Assembly (NCBI GenBank): GCA_963693095.2
Contig: OY843768.1
Coordinates: 928,001 to 992,000, forward strand
Origin: Cenarchaeum sp.
Lineage (GTDB): Archaea; Thermoproteota; Nitrososphaeria; Nitrososphaerales; Nitrosopumilaceae
Reading direction: 5' to 3'
DNA length: 64,000 nt
Positions 1 through 10,114 of the stretch are shown here, piece after piece. How positions within the stretch are numbered: the stretch's first letter is position 1; each line of letters starts with the position of its first letter. The translations under genes were made by a program, and so were the position numbers. The notes beneath the pieces are model-generated. The model was not told where the DNA came from, made no database searches, and saw nothing but the letters and a program-made list of their open reading frames with translations.

Positions 1-56
1 GTGCCGCGCCCACCCGATCGCCACTGATAATAGGCGGGTCGGCAGGCACTGCGCGC

Positions 57-458
57 GTGGAGTGCATATTTTGCGACATTGTGGCCAAAAGGCGCCCCGC
101 GCACATGGTATACGAGGACGAGCGCCACGTCGCGTTCCTTGACAAGTACCCCATAGACGAGGGCCACACGCTAGTCGTGCCAAGGGAGCACCACGAGAGG
201 ATAACGGACATGCGGCCCGATGACGTCGCGGCCCTCTTTGCCACAGTTCCCGGCGTGGCGAGGACAATGATGGCGGCCACGGACGGCGTGGCGTTCAATA
301 TCGCGCAGAACAACGGCAGGGAGGCCATGCAGATAGTCCCGCACGTGCACGTGCACGTCATTCCCCGCAAGGCCGACAGGAAGGCAGGATGGACAAAGCG
401 CCGCATACCCGAAGACGCCGAGCTTGCCGAGCTCGCAGCGCGCGCACGCAGTGCCTAG
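57..458 (+). CDS. HIT family nucleotide hydrolase
   Basis: N-terminal CIFC and histidine triad HVHVHVIP. Confidence 0.93.
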   Translation: MECIFCDIVAKRRPAHMVYEDERHVAFLDKYPIDEGHTLVVPREHHERITDMRPDDVAALFATVPGVARTMMAATDGVAFNIAQNNGREAMQIVPHVHVHVIPRKADRKAGWTKRRIPEDAELAELAARARSA

Positions 459-1738
459 CGTCCAGAGTGGCCAGGGTTGTAGCGCAGGATCGCCCCAACT
501 CCCCCAAGGCTAGAGAGCATTGCGCCATGCTCGGCGCTCCCCGAGATCACCTCCACGCGCGATCCCACCTTTGATGCCACAAGTGACGCATAGTCCACGA
601 TATCCTGCGAGTGGACCTCCATGTCAGATGACGAGCATGACGCGCAGCCTGCCGAGATGAGCGCAGACTTGCGCGGAATGACTTCGGCCATGCGCACGTG
701 CTCCTCGGCCTCCACGCCGCACTTGCGGCACCTGGAGGCAATGCGGTGCATGTCAATCGTGTCAGTCACAAGGAGCGTCTCGACGATATTGTCGCGCAAG
801 AGCCCGAGAACCTCGTCGAGGCCATAGGCGCCCTTGCCAGAGTGCGAGTTTATCTCCCTAAACAGCGCAGCGACTGCGGTCTTTTCCTCGACCATCCTAA
901 AGTCGGCGAGCACGTCACTGGATCTCGCAAAGGCCTCTCGCACGCCCTCGGCACCCGCATACGACGTGTCAAGCGTGGAGAGAACCATGTCCTGGAGGCG
1001 ATACTCGAGATACCCCCCGTTGACAAACTCCTCCTTTGTCGGGCCCGGACCTGACACTACCAGGCCCCTAATCTTGTAAATGTCGATAAAGTACTCGCGC
1101 GTCGTCTCGGCAACTCTGTTGAAATAGTGCGTGAGCTCCTGCTCGCGCAGCTTTTGGAACCTCTTGGCGGACTGGCCCCCCTGCCTGTGCTTGCCGGCCA
1201 CGCCGGAGCCCGTCTCGGAGAGGACATCAAGGCGGTCACCATGAAGGAGCCCCCAGCCGGCGTCCTTTGCGTCTATTGCGAGAAACCCTATGAGGTTTTC
1301 GTCCTTTAGCATGTCCTTTAGCAGGTCCACGTGAAAGTGGTCATCGCACCTGTACAGGTATGTCTTTAGGTCCTTTGGGGGATCGATCTCGTATGCCTGC
1401 ACGGTCTCGCTGCCGAGCGGGCCGCCCCCTTCTGGCGGAAGCGCGCCGCAAAAGATCACAAGGCCGCGTTCGGGTGTCCTCTTGTACAGGCGAAGGCGCT
1501 GTATGACCTTGCCGAGCGAGTCGACAACGTGCGTTCGCGTTACATCGGACTTTATGTTTGACGCCGTTCCCTGCTCCTCGCGCAGGCCATTGATCACCTC
1601 ATGGAGCTGCTTGCCCTTTGGTATGTAGACCGTTATGAGTTCCGTGCCGTGGCCTGACTTGCGTGACAGCTCGTCTAGTGTCTTGCGTATCTTGTACATC
1701 TTTACAGAGTCGTGCTTTGTGATGGCGATCTTTGCCAT
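455..1738 (-). CDS. prf1: Peptide chain release factor aRF1
   Basis: TASNIKS motif, YRCD, GGQSAKRF, Zn-ribbon insert; start placed at MAKIAI (ORF extends to 1762). Confidence 0.96.
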   Translation of the reverse strand: MAKIAITKHDSVKMYKIRKTLDELSRKSGHGTELITVYIPKGKQLHEVINGLREEQGTASNIKSDVTRTHVVDSLGKVIQRLRLYKRTPERGLVIFCGALPPEGGGPLGSETVQAYEIDPPKDLKTYLYRCDDHFHVDLLKDMLKDENLIGFLAIDAKDAGWGLLHGDRLDVLSETGSGVAGKHRQGGQSAKRFQKLREQELTHYFNRVAETTREYFIDIYKIRGLVVSGPGPTKEEFVNGGYLEYRLQDMVLSTLDTSYAGAEGVREAFARSSDVLADFRMVEEKTAVAALFREINSHSGKGAYGLDEVLGLLRDNIVETLLVTDTIDMHRIASRCRKCGVEAEEHVRMAEVIPRKSALISAGCASCSSSDMEVHSQDIVDYASLVASKVGSRVEVISGSAEHGAMLSSLGGVGAILRYNPGHSGR

Positions 1739-1798
1739 GTCATGCACCACCATGCCCGCCAACGCGTGCCATATGGCAGGGCACAGCCCTGCCCACGG

Positions 1799-2425
1799 TC
1801 ATAGCTCGTCAAAGACGCGCAGGAACACGTCAAGTGGCTGGTTGCCGCGTATCTTGAACACCTTGTCCCCGTTTGATATCAGGAACGTTGGGGTCGCGTT
1901 AATCCCCTTTGACTGGCCGTGCTCATAGATCTCCATCACGCGCGAGTCATGGCGCGACGAGTCAACACACTCGCCAAATGCCCCGGCGTCAAGTCCCGCG
2001 TCATCGGCAAAGCGCTTGAGCGACGACGGCGTTATCCAGCCGGTTCGCTCGCCGCCCCAGTTCTCATATAGCGCGTCATGGTACTCCCAGAACATCCCCT
2101 GCTCTCCGGCACAATGCGACGCCGAGGCGGCCATGAGCGAGTCCGGGCCATTGAGTGGAAAGTCCATAAAGACGAGCTTTGCCCTGCCCGTCTCGACATA
2201 GTCGCGCTTTATGATCTCAAGGGACGACCCGTGGAACATCTGGCAGTTCGTGCACTGATAGTCGCCCCACTCCTCTATCGTGATCGGCGCGTCAGGATCG
2301 CCGAGCTCCATGATCGCATAGGCCGGTGCTGGCGCAGGCGTGCCTGTCCCCCCCATCGCCACGGCCGAGTATGCCACGACTATCGCCGCAGCCACGACCC
2401 CGGCGATCACAAATGTGCGCCTCAT
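1799..2425 (-). CDS. DsbA/thioredoxin-fold oxidoreductase, membrane anchored
   Basis: N-terminal hydrophobic segment, GDYQCTNC CxxC, cis-Pro motif ATPTF. Confidence 0.9.
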   Translation of the reverse strand: MRRTFVIAGVVAAAIVVAYSAVAMGGTGTPAPAPAYAIMELGDPDAPITIEEWGDYQCTNCQMFHGSSLEIIKRDYVETGRAKLVFMDFPLNGPDSLMAASASHCAGEQGMFWEYHDALYENWGGERTGWITPSSLKRFADDAGLDAGAFGECVDSSRHDSRVMEIYEHGQSKGINATPTFLISNGDKVFKIRGNQPLDVFLRVFDEL

Positions 2426-2525
2426 GGTGCGCCATGGCCGATCTAGGCGTTATAATGTATTGCCCCGCCATGGGTGCCCGGAAGGGCGCAAAATACTTAA
2501 ATCAACGGCAGGGAGCGTGCGTGCA

Positions 2526-2735
2526 TTGACGCAGGCGCAGATCGCAGTACCGGCACGGATAGCCCGATCGGCACTAATCGCGCTCGCCGCAGTCTTTGTC
2601 CTAGGCGTGTTTGCCATGGGATTTGACCAGGGTCACATCCTCAGCGTCGTAGAGGGCTCGCAGGCCTTTGACACAATGTACCTCCACGAGCTCTCCCACG
2701 ACGTGAGGCACGCCGCAGGGTTCCCGTGCCACTAG
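2526..2735 (+). CDS. cbtB: Cobalt transporter subunit CbtB-like
   Basis: One TM helix then LHELSHDVRHAAGFPCH; TTG start at 2526 about 25-30 nt after TATA-like CTTAAAT. Confidence 0.85.
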   Translation: MTQAQIAVPARIARSALIALAAVFVLGVFAMGFDQGHILSVVEGSQAFDTMYLHELSHDVRHAAGFPCH

Positions 2736-2741
2736 CACATC

Positions 2742-3470
2742 ATGCGCTCTGCGAGGTTTATCGCCATAGTGCTCGCATCCGGAGCCATGGCAGGCCTGGT
2801 ATTTGGCTCGACTAGCTCAATCCTGGCCGGCCCCTACCTCGAGGGCGCAGTCATGCTCGAGGCGCAGGGAATCGCGCGCGCCGGCGTGCCCAACGAGGAC
2901 GCGTTCTGGGCAGGATACGCCGAGTACAGGGGATGGCAGGGCGGCGGCGCGCTGCTCGCGTCAGTTGTGCTCGGGTGCGCATTTGCGGCCATGTATGGCC
3001 TCGTCTACCTGCTCTACGGAAGGCACGTGCCGGGCGCGACGAACCGCACAAAAGAGTTTGCGCTAGCCGGCGCAATGTGGCTGGCGCTCTATATTGTTCC
3101 CATTGCAAAGTACCCCCCCGGCCTTCCCGGCGACGGGGATCCCGCAACGCTTGACATGCGAATTGCGCTCCATGTGACCATCGTGCTGATCTCGGGCATC
3201 TCGGCCATATGCCTCCATCGGGCATCTGTCGGCGCAAGCGGCATAAAAAAGGCCCCGTTTGCCGCCGCATGGGTCACAATTGTGATCACGGCAGTTGTGC
3301 TGATGCCGTCTAGCCCGGACACGGCAATGTCGTCCCAGTCATCGATTGACGCGTTTAGGGCAACATCTGCGATCGCCGTGACCGCATACTGGGTGGCGCT
3401 TCCGGCCATCTTTGGGGCATTCTGGCGCCGATATGGCCATGACGTCCACATGCGGGCACCACGCGGGTAG
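2742..3470 (+). CDS. cbtA: Cobalt transporter subunit CbtA-like
   Basis: Multi-TM protein with PIAKYPPGLPGDGDPATL motif, directly after cbtB. Confidence 0.85.
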   Translation: MRSARFIAIVLASGAMAGLVFGSTSSILAGPYLEGAVMLEAQGIARAGVPNEDAFWAGYAEYRGWQGGGALLASVVLGCAFAAMYGLVYLLYGRHVPGATNRTKEFALAGAMWLALYIVPIAKYPPGLPGDGDPATLDMRIALHVTIVLISGISAICLHRASVGASGIKKAPFAAAWVTIVITAVVLMPSSPDTAMSSQSSIDAFRATSAIAVTAYWVALPAIFGAFWRRYGHDVHMRAPRG

Positions 3471-3528
3471 CGCTCGTGTGCAGGATTGTGGATTTCGGTT
3501 ATAGTTTAAATAATTCCACGCTGCCCAA

Positions 3529-3873
3529 ATGAAAACAATGGCAAAGCGCCGCCCAAGCCTGCTGCAGCTCAAAAAGTATGACGTGACGCAAAAGGTCATA
3601 GCCGCACTGACCAACGTCGAGTCTCGCGCGATACTCTTTGCGACCGTAAAGGCCGGAAGAACCGCCCCAGAGCTCGCCTCACGCCTGCGCATACCCCTCA
3701 GCACCGTATACAAGAAGATATCAGAGCTCGAGGAGATTGCGCTCATCGACAGGCAGATCACCTTTAACGAGTCTGGCGGGAGGGTAAAGGTGTGCAAGGC
3801 GCGCATAAACGCAGCCGAGATCCATGTGAGTGGGAAGGAGCCGCGGGTCGTCCTCTCGCAAAACACGCGCTGA
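3529..3873 (+). CDS. Winged-helix (ArsR-like) transcriptional regulator
   Basis: ELASRLRIPLSTVYKKISELEE HTH. Confidence 0.8.
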   Translation: MKTMAKRRPSLLQLKKYDVTQKVIAALTNVESRAILFATVKAGRTAPELASRLRIPLSTVYKKISELEEIALIDRQITFNESGGRVKVCKARINAAEIHVSGKEPRVVLSQNTR

Positions 3874-3920
3874 GGCGCCGACCGGACACGCTTGCGCCAT
3901 AGGGTTATTTAGCCACACAG

Positions 3921-5063
3921 GTGGCTCGCGTCATGGATCGCCACGGATTTGACGGCGTGGACATACCCCACATGGACATTGGTCCGGAGACCGGAATAGC
4001 GGGGCTCGTTGAGGCCTTTGCGCAGAGCGGCTACAACGCAAGGCAGCTCGGGCGTGCTGCCCACATATGGGGCGAGATGATCCGCGAGGGCGCAACAATA
4101 TGCCTCACGATGTCTGGCGCAATGTCCCCCGTTGGCCATGGCGGGATCATAAAGTCGCTAATCGAGCGCGGGTTTGTGGACTGGATAGTGACCACCGGCG
4201 CAAACGTGTACCATGAGGAGCACTTTGCGTGGAACCTGCCCGTGCGCCAGGGCCACGCCGACGTTGATGACATGGTTCTCTATGACAGGGAGATTGTGCG
4301 CATACGTGACGTTTTCATAAAGTTCTACGAGACGCTAGAGTCCCAGGACCAGATAATCCAAAAGATGTTTCGCGACAAGTTTACTGACGCGCCGTTCACC
4401 ACTGCAGAGTTTTGCAATGAGATCGGAAGGGTGAGCTCAGAGTTTGCGCCTCATCCGGACAAGAGCTTTGTGGTGGCCGCGCACAAGCACGGCGTGCCTC
4501 TATACGTGTCCACGCTAAAGGACTCGTCGCTTGCGCTCAACCTTGCGGTTCACAGGCTGCGAGGAAAAGAGTACAATCTCGACATTGTGCGCGAGATAAT
4601 AGAGCAGGCCGCAATCGTGTATGATTCGGACAAGTCCGGCATTGTGGAGCTTGGCGGCGGGGTCCCAAAGAACACCGCACAGCAGACCGGCCCGCTCCTC
4701 GACCAGATTCTCCGGCGCGGGGACGGCGGGCAGGACTATATCATACAGGTGACTGACGCGAGGCCTGACACGGGGGGCCTCTCTGGGGCCACACTGCAGG
4801 AGGGCAAGAGCTGGGGAAAGGTCCATGACGCAAACCGCGGAATGGCAACCGTGTATGCCGACTCGACGATAGCGTTTCCCATACTTGCGCTCTATGTCAT
4901 GGCAACGCAAAAGTCGCGCAAGCCGCGCCGCATCTATGACAGGCTAGGCGAGCTGTACTCAAAGCTAAGTGACGACTATTTTTCCGGAGACGACAGGTAT
5001 TATGACATTCTAGACGAGTCGTACCGCCCCAAGCGCAACATGCCGCACGGCAGCCGATCCTAG
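3921..5063 (+). CDS. Deoxyhypusine/homospermidine synthase family protein
   Basis: VTTGAN, GGGVPKN, DTGGLSGATLQEGKSWGK motifs. Confidence 0.9.
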   Translation: MARVMDRHGFDGVDIPHMDIGPETGIAGLVEAFAQSGYNARQLGRAAHIWGEMIREGATICLTMSGAMSPVGHGGIIKSLIERGFVDWIVTTGANVYHEEHFAWNLPVRQGHADVDDMVLYDREIVRIRDVFIKFYETLESQDQIIQKMFRDKFTDAPFTTAEFCNEIGRVSSEFAPHPDKSFVVAAHKHGVPLYVSTLKDSSLALNLAVHRLRGKEYNLDIVREIIEQAAIVYDSDKSGIVELGGGVPKNTAQQTGPLLDQILRRGDGGQDYIIQVTDARPDTGGLSGATLQEGKSWGKVHDANRGMATVYADSTIAFPILALYVMATQKSRKPRRIYDRLGELYSKLSDDYFSGDDRYYDILDESYRPKRNMPHGSRS

Positions 5064-5272
5064 AACTTGTCGTACCTTGCGCGCTCTAGGGCGCGGTCGT
5101 CCTTTGTCTCCTTTTTCCACTCCTTGTAGTGGGTCTTGCACAGGACTGCCTTTTTGCCTGGCGCAGCCAGGCGCAGGCCGGCCTCCTCGACCCTCTTTGT
5201 GTTGATGGATCGCGATCCCTCGTCGTCGCACCCGTCGACGTCGCAGCGCGCCCCCTTTGACACAACTCCCAT
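5060..5272 (-). CDS. Small conserved archaeal Zn-finger-like protein
   Basis: MGVVSKGARCDVDGC...LCKTHYKEWKK; CxxxxC and CxxH ligands. Confidence 0.7.
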   Translation of the reverse strand: MGVVSKGARCDVDGCDDEGSRSINTKRVEEAGLRLAAPGKKAVLCKTHYKEWKKETKDDRALERARYDKF

Positions 5273-5358
5273 GGGAGGCGCCGCACGGGTAGCCATATTT
5301 ATAGATGGAATCATGGCTGAATTACCGTTTATAAGGGGAGATCCTGCGCAGGGCGCGC

Positions 5359-5730
5359 ATGGGCGGAGCCAAGAAAAAGTCATCGGCACAGCAGGAGAAG
5401 GCGCAGACTGGCGACTCGGCAAAGGTGTCAGGCAAAAAGGGCAAAAAGTCCGGCAAGGACAAGGAGGCCACGTCCTCCAGGGCAGAGATATCAGTCATAC
5501 TGCCCGAGGCACAGGCCGACAAGATAGTCAGGGGCGCAAAGGCCATAACGGTTCTCGAGCTTGCCAGGCAGGCAGGCGTAAAGGCGTCTGCGGCAAACGC
5601 ATACCTGGCCAATGCCGCCAAGGCAGGCAAGCTCAGAATAGCCGGCGGGAACAGCGGCCACCGAATCTATACGGCGGTGAGCAGCGTGAGCACGTCACCG
5701 GCGGCAAGCGAGCCCAGCTCGCCTGCATAG
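5359..5730 (+). CDS. rps25e: 30S ribosomal protein S25e
   Basis: MGGAKKKS Lys-rich N-terminus and winged-helix core KAITVLELARQAGVKASAA. Confidence 0.75.
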   Translation: MGGAKKKSSAQQEKAQTGDSAKVSGKKGKKSGKDKEATSSRAEISVILPEAQADKIVRGAKAITVLELARQAGVKASAANAYLANAAKAGKLRIAGGNSGHRIYTAVSSVSTSPAASEPSSPA

Positions 5731-6056
5731 TCGGCCATCCTGCCCAGCGGCGACATCTCCTGTGAGGGCGTGACATCCGAGTCCACAAAGCAGATGCTTC
5801 CGGCCTGCGGATAGAACGCAATGTCCCCACGCCTAAATGTCCCCCTCGGGCGCTCCACGCCGGACTGTAGGCCCGTCTCAAGGTAGACGATCGAGGAGCC
5901 CAGGCGGTGCATGTTGCCCGATAGAGGCAGCGAGCGGGCGATCAGGCCAACGGTGGCCGGCGAGAGGTGCCTCTTTAGCTCGCAGCGTATGCGCACCCCA
6001 GAGGAGGACTCTAGGCTCAGGCGCACAGCAGAAGGCGCGGCGCTCAGCGCAGGCAC
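5667..6056 (-). CDS. Cyclophilin-like fold protein (TM1367/DUF369 type)
   Basis: LSPATV...LPL, GDIAFYPQAGSICF. Confidence 0.75.
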   Translation of the reverse strand: MPALSAAPSAVRLSLESSSGVRIRCELKRHLSPATVGLIARSLPLSGNMHRLGSSIVYLETGLQSGVERPRGTFRRGDIAFYPQAGSICFVDSDVTPSQEMSPLGRMADYAGELGSLAAGDVLTLLTAV

Positions 6057-6159
6057 GCCTCGCGGGGGGTCGAATTTGGGCCATGGGCGCCCATGCAGAG
6101 TGCCACACGGGCAAGTAATTAGAATGGGATATATAACCGTTTTTTGGCGTTGCGTCTGA

Positions 6160-6639
6160 TTGTCCAGTCAAACCGCGCCGGAGCTTGACCCTAGTGTGGG
6201 TGCAGAGGCCGAGGAGGACGAGCTCGAGCACGTCGAGGACGCTGGCCTCGCAAAGGCCATAGAGGCGTATCGCAAGGCAGCCGGAGAGAACCTCAGCGAC
6301 GAGCAGCGCGCCGAGGTCGAAAAGCGCGTCAGCGAGATGATGAGCCGCGAGATTATCGAGGTCGACGAGGTTCACGTTCCCGTCGAGATACCCGTTGAAA
6401 AGTCCAAGGTGAGCGTAGGCCCGCCCACGCTGACGAGGTTTGAAAAGGCCCGAATTATCGGCGCGCGCGCCCTGCAGCTCTCACTTGGCGCACCACCGTT
6501 CATAGACATACCTAGCACAGCCCACACGTCACTTGACATAGCGATGAAGGAGCTCGAGGGCAGGGTTCTCCCAATAGTCATAAAGCGCGTGCTGCCAAAC
6601 GGCGACTATCAGAACATACCTCTAGATCACTTCGCCTAG
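6160..6639 (+). CDS. rpoK: DNA-directed RNA polymerase subunit K (Rpo6) with acidic N-terminal extension
   Basis: LTRFEKARIIGARALQLSLGAP...LPIVIKRVLP. Confidence 0.95.
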   Translation: MSSQTAPELDPSVGAEAEEDELEHVEDAGLAKAIEAYRKAAGENLSDEQRAEVEKRVSEMMSREIIEVDEVHVPVEIPVEKSKVSVGPPTLTRFEKARIIGARALQLSLGAPPFIDIPSTAHTSLDIAMKELEGRVLPIVIKRVLPNGDYQNIPLDHFA

Positions 6640-6642
6640 GGC

Positions 6643-7053
6643 CTACGTGTCGCTAGCCTTTAGGAGCATGCTTTCGCACTCTTTGCATATCTTTTCGTCA
6701 ATGTTTGACTCTAGCTTGTGGTGTATCTCGCATATGAGAAGGCTAGAGCGCACATAGTTGCACATTCCTATAAACATCGAGAGGCTTGAAGGCGTGTACG
6801 CCTTGTCAGAGGCGAGCTTTTCGCTCAGCTCTGTGAGCATCTCAGACACGCGATCCTCGGCGAGAAGCTTGTCTATGAGGCGCTTGTCCCCGCGCACGCC
6901 ACGGATATAGTTGCTCACGGCGGCCTGCGTGACGCCGAGCATCTTTGAGATCTCGTCCTCGCGGATCTTGTGATCCCTTGACAGCTTTTGCGCTAGGATC
7001 GCACGAAGGGCAGGAATGAGCGTCTTTGACTCAATCTCTGCAGGAAGGAGCAC
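6643..7053 (-). CDS. XRE-type HTH transcriptional regulator with C-terminal Cys/His cluster
   Basis: LLPAEIESKTLIPALRA, EISKMLGVTQAAVSNY, ICEIH...CKEC; GTG start at 7053. Confidence 0.85.
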   Translation of the reverse strand: MLLPAEIESKTLIPALRAILAQKLSRDHKIREDEISKMLGVTQAAVSNYIRGVRGDKRLIDKLLAEDRVSEMLTELSEKLASDKAYTPSSLSMFIGMCNYVRSSLLICEIHHKLESNIDEKICKECESMLLKASDT

Positions 7054-7110
7054 GTCACGCGTGCCACGCATGAAAGCATTTAAAGTTATCAGCGTGTATG
7101 GCGCCATTCC

Positions 7111-8094
7111 ATGAAAGCGCACACGGGGCAGGACAGGGTGGACGAGCTCACCACGGCCGTACGGGCCGCAGTGGGTGCGGCAGTCGAGTCGTGCGGGCCC
7201 GGCACGATCGCGCTCTCTGGCGGCCTGGACAGCTCGATCATCGCCGCGCTGCGCGCAGGCTCAGAGTCGACGAGGACCATGAGCGTCATCGCCGGAGACT
7301 TTGAGTCACCAGACGGGGCGTACGGCCAGGCAATGGCCCGCCGTGCCGGCCTCGAGCACGAGGTTGTCAATGCCAGCACTTCTGAGGCCCTCGACGCAGT
7401 TGAGGAGGCCACAAGGGTCCTCGGCACGTACAGCCCCATGGAGATACGCAGTGCGGCAGTCATCTGCATTGCCCTGCGCGCCGCGCGCCGCTCTGGCGCA
7501 GGGCTGGTGATAACGGGTGACGGGGCCGACGAGCTCTTTGCGGGGTACTCTTTTCTCGCAAGGGCGCCGCGCGCACAGCTCCGCGAGCGCCTCAAGAGGC
7601 TGCAGCGAATAATGCACTTTCCCTCAATGAGGATGGCCGAGGCCATGGGCATAAAGATGGCCTCGCCGTACCTCGACAGGGCCGTAGTCGAGGTGTCGCG
7701 CACCGTTCCCGAGGAGATGCTCGTCCACGGTGAGGGCGATGCGCGTGTGGGCAAGTGGATACTGCGAAAGGCCTTTGAGCGTGACGTTCCCCACGAGATC
7801 GCCTGGCGCCAAAAGGTGCCAATGTCACGCGGAGCCGGACTCGACGGCCTAGGCGGGTTTCTGGACAGGGCAATGTCTGATGGCACGTTTGCCGAGAGGG
7901 CACGACGCATACTCGAGGACGACGGGGTGCGCATAAGGGACAAGGAGTCGCTCCACTATTACGAGGTCCGCAGGAGGTTCCATGACGCGCCTGCGCGTGC
8001 GCCTGATGGCGCACCAGAGTGCCCTGACTGCCATTCGGACGTGAGCGCCAATGACGCGAGGTTTTGCAGGATGTGCGGCAGGTTTCCGCTCTAG
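7111..8094 (+). CDS. Asparagine synthase C-terminal (PP-loop) domain protein with Zn ribbon
   Basis: LSGGLDSS, TGDGADELFAGY, GKWILRKAF, CPDC/CRMC; no glutaminase domain. Confidence 0.88.
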   Translation: MKAHTGQDRVDELTTAVRAAVGAAVESCGPGTIALSGGLDSSIIAALRAGSESTRTMSVIAGDFESPDGAYGQAMARRAGLEHEVVNASTSEALDAVEEATRVLGTYSPMEIRSAAVICIALRAARRSGAGLVITGDGADELFAGYSFLARAPRAQLRERLKRLQRIMHFPSMRMAEAMGIKMASPYLDRAVVEVSRTVPEEMLVHGEGDARVGKWILRKAFERDVPHEIAWRQKVPMSRGAGLDGLGGFLDRAMSDGTFAERARRILEDDGVRIRDKESLHYYEVRRRFHDAPARAPDGAPECPDCHSDVSANDARFCRMCGRFPL

Positions 8095-8237
8095 GCCCTC
8101 TTTGACCACTTGCGCGGCTTTTTTGCAAAGATCTTCATGCACCCGTTGCAGCAGAAATAGTACTTTGTGCCATTATGCTCGTGAACAAGCGCAATCTCCT
8201 CGTCTAGCTCTATTCCACACACTGGATCCACCGGCAC
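8091..8237 (-). CDS. YHS/TRASH metal-binding protein
   Basis: VDPVCGIEL...YYFCCNGCMKIFAKKP. Confidence 0.88.
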   Translation of the reverse strand: MPVDPVCGIELDEEIALVHEHNGTKYYFCCNGCMKIFAKKPRKWSKRA

Positions 8238-9009
8238 GTCCCGCACATGGCCAATTTTGCTATTTATAGATATGCGGATTGGCGCCACTGCCGGCCCGCA
8301 AGCGGGGGCAATCCCACAGCGTCTAGACGTTCACGCGAGCCAGGTCAGAACCCTGCGCTGCAGCTTTGCCAATCCGGGTATGGTTATATTATGGGATGGG
8401 CAAAGGCCGACGAACAAGTCATGGAACCCACAGATTACAGGCCCGCGCGCCATGGTTCGCGAACGCCTGCCAGGGTTTGGCCCCAGAGACGGGTGGTTGG
8501 AATTGGACACGGTATACACTAGCGAGCTAGACGGATTTGGGTTCCAGGATCTGTGCGCCAGGATATTCAAGAGGCTAGAGTGGGGCGACGTTCAGACATA
8601 CACCACGCAGGACAAGGGCAGGGACATTGGTATAGACACGCCAGACGGGCACATAGTCATAGAGTGCAAGCACCAGCCCGGCGGCACTGTTGGCAGGCCG
8701 ATAATACAAAAGCTCCACTCGGCAACAATATGGTTTCATGGAACAAAGGGAGTTGTCGTCACAACAGGGAAGTTTTCAGACGAGGCCGTGGAGCATGCCA
8801 GGGAGCTCTCCAAGAGCATTCCAATAGAGCTTGTCGACTGGCACGAGCTCCGCAAGCTGGCGCATGGCGCCGGAATCAACATTTACGAAAGCGTCGACAA
8901 GATGGTGCCAGTCATATACGGGTATCAGGTGGATCATGCCGCCATGCAAAGGCGAGTGACAGAGAGCTTTGAGACGTACAGGAGCAGCCCCAACAGGACA
9001 GCTGATCTA

Positions 9010-10114
9010 TACTCACGAGCTAAAGTTCGTATAGATGATCAAGTTTCCCCGACCCCGCAGCTATATTGATCGCCCCCTCCCGCGCCAGGGCATGGACGAC
9101 CGGAAGCGGGAGGAGCTGAGGGACGCGCACCACAGCGAGAAGAGCGGGCACGTGAGGGACAGGATTCTCGCCGTGCACTGCGTGGTCAACATGGGCATGA
9201 CGCACGAGGACACGGCGGACACGCTGATGCGGTGCCCGGGGTGGGTCGGCAAGTGGGTCGCGCGGTACCGGGAGGGCGGGCTTCCAGCCCTCCGCGACCT
9301 CCCGCGCTCCGGGAGGCCGCTGGCCGTGCCGCGAACGGCGCTCGACGGGATCCTCGCCGACGCGTCGGGATCCCCCACGACCCCGGCCGCGGTCCGCGAC
9401 AGGATCGCCGGGGCGGCGGGGACACTGTTCCACATAGCCAGCGTGAGGAGGCTCATGCGCGAGTTCGGCCTCTCGCGCAAGAGGCCGCGAAAGGCCCACG
9501 TCAACAGGGCGAGCGCGTCCGCCGTCCGCAGCTGGCAGCGGCGCCTTGCGGGGGCGGCGCCACGCCTGGCGCGCGCGGGATACACGATGCTGGTGCAGGA
9601 CGAGTCGATCATCGTGAACGACGCCGGGGGCATGGCGACGCACTGGACGCCGCGCACGGTGCCCGTCTACGAGCCGTACACCGGGAGCCACGAGCGGATC
9701 GTCGTGTACGGGGCGATCGCCGAGGACGGGCGGCAGGCGTTCCGGACGCGCGACAAGTTCAACGCGGACACGTTCGCGCAGTACCTTGCGGAGCTGCACG
9801 GGAAGTTCGGCAAGATCGCCGTCATCGTCGACAGGGCTCCCCAGCACCGCGCGGGGGCGGTCAAGGACCTGCTGCGCGCCAACGGCGAGATCAAGCTCAT
9901 CGAGCTGCCGGTGGGATCCCCGCAGCTAAGCGCCATCGAGGGGACGTGGCGCATACTCAAGAGGGACGTCAGGGTCCCGGGGCAACCACGAACCCTGGAC
10001 GAGCTGAGGATCGCGGTCGGCGAGTACCTCAGGACCAAGCGGTTCAACCTGAACATCTACGCATACCTGAACAGGAAGGTCGTGGAAGGTCACACGAACT
10101 TTAGCTCGTGAGTA
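9010..10114 (+). mobile_element. IS630-family insertion sequence (1105 bp)
   Basis: Perfect 21-bp TIRs TACTCACGAGCTAAAGTTCGT (9010-9030) and its complement (10094-10114), TA on both flanks (9008-9009, 10115-10116), single transposase ORF. Confidence 0.95.
9035..10111 (+). CDS. IS630-family DDE transposase
   Basis: HTH region KWVARYREGGLPALRDLPRSGRP; catalytic LVQDES / VIVDRAPQH / SPQLSAIEGTW; true start may be ATG 9092. Confidence 0.93.
   Translation: MIKFPRPRSYIDRPLPRQGMDDRKREELRDAHHSEKSGHVRDRILAVHCVVNMGMTHEDTADTLMRCPGWVGKWVARYREGGLPALRDLPRSGRPLAVPRTALDGILADASGSPTTPAAVRDRIAGAAGTLFHIASVRRLMREFGLSRKRPRKAHVNRASASAVRSWQRRLAGAAPRLARAGYTMLVQDESIIVNDAGGMATHWTPRTVPVYEPYTGSHERIVVYGAIAEDGRQAFRTRDKFNADTFAQYLAELHGKFGKIAVIVDRAPQHRAGAVKDLLRANGEIKLIELPVGSPQLSAIEGTWRILKRDVRVPGQPRTLDELRIAVGEYLRTKRFNLNIYAYLNRKVVEGHTNFSS

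Noticed and set aside
2430-2525. Cobalamin riboswitch upstream of cbtBA
   Set aside because: The gap is under 100 bp, holds divergent TATA-like boxes and has no recognisable B12-box.
8257-8496. 80-aa N-terminal extension of the Mrr-like ORF
   Set aside because: No recognisable domain, and it overlaps promoter-like AT-rich boxes; family similarity begins near TTG 8497.
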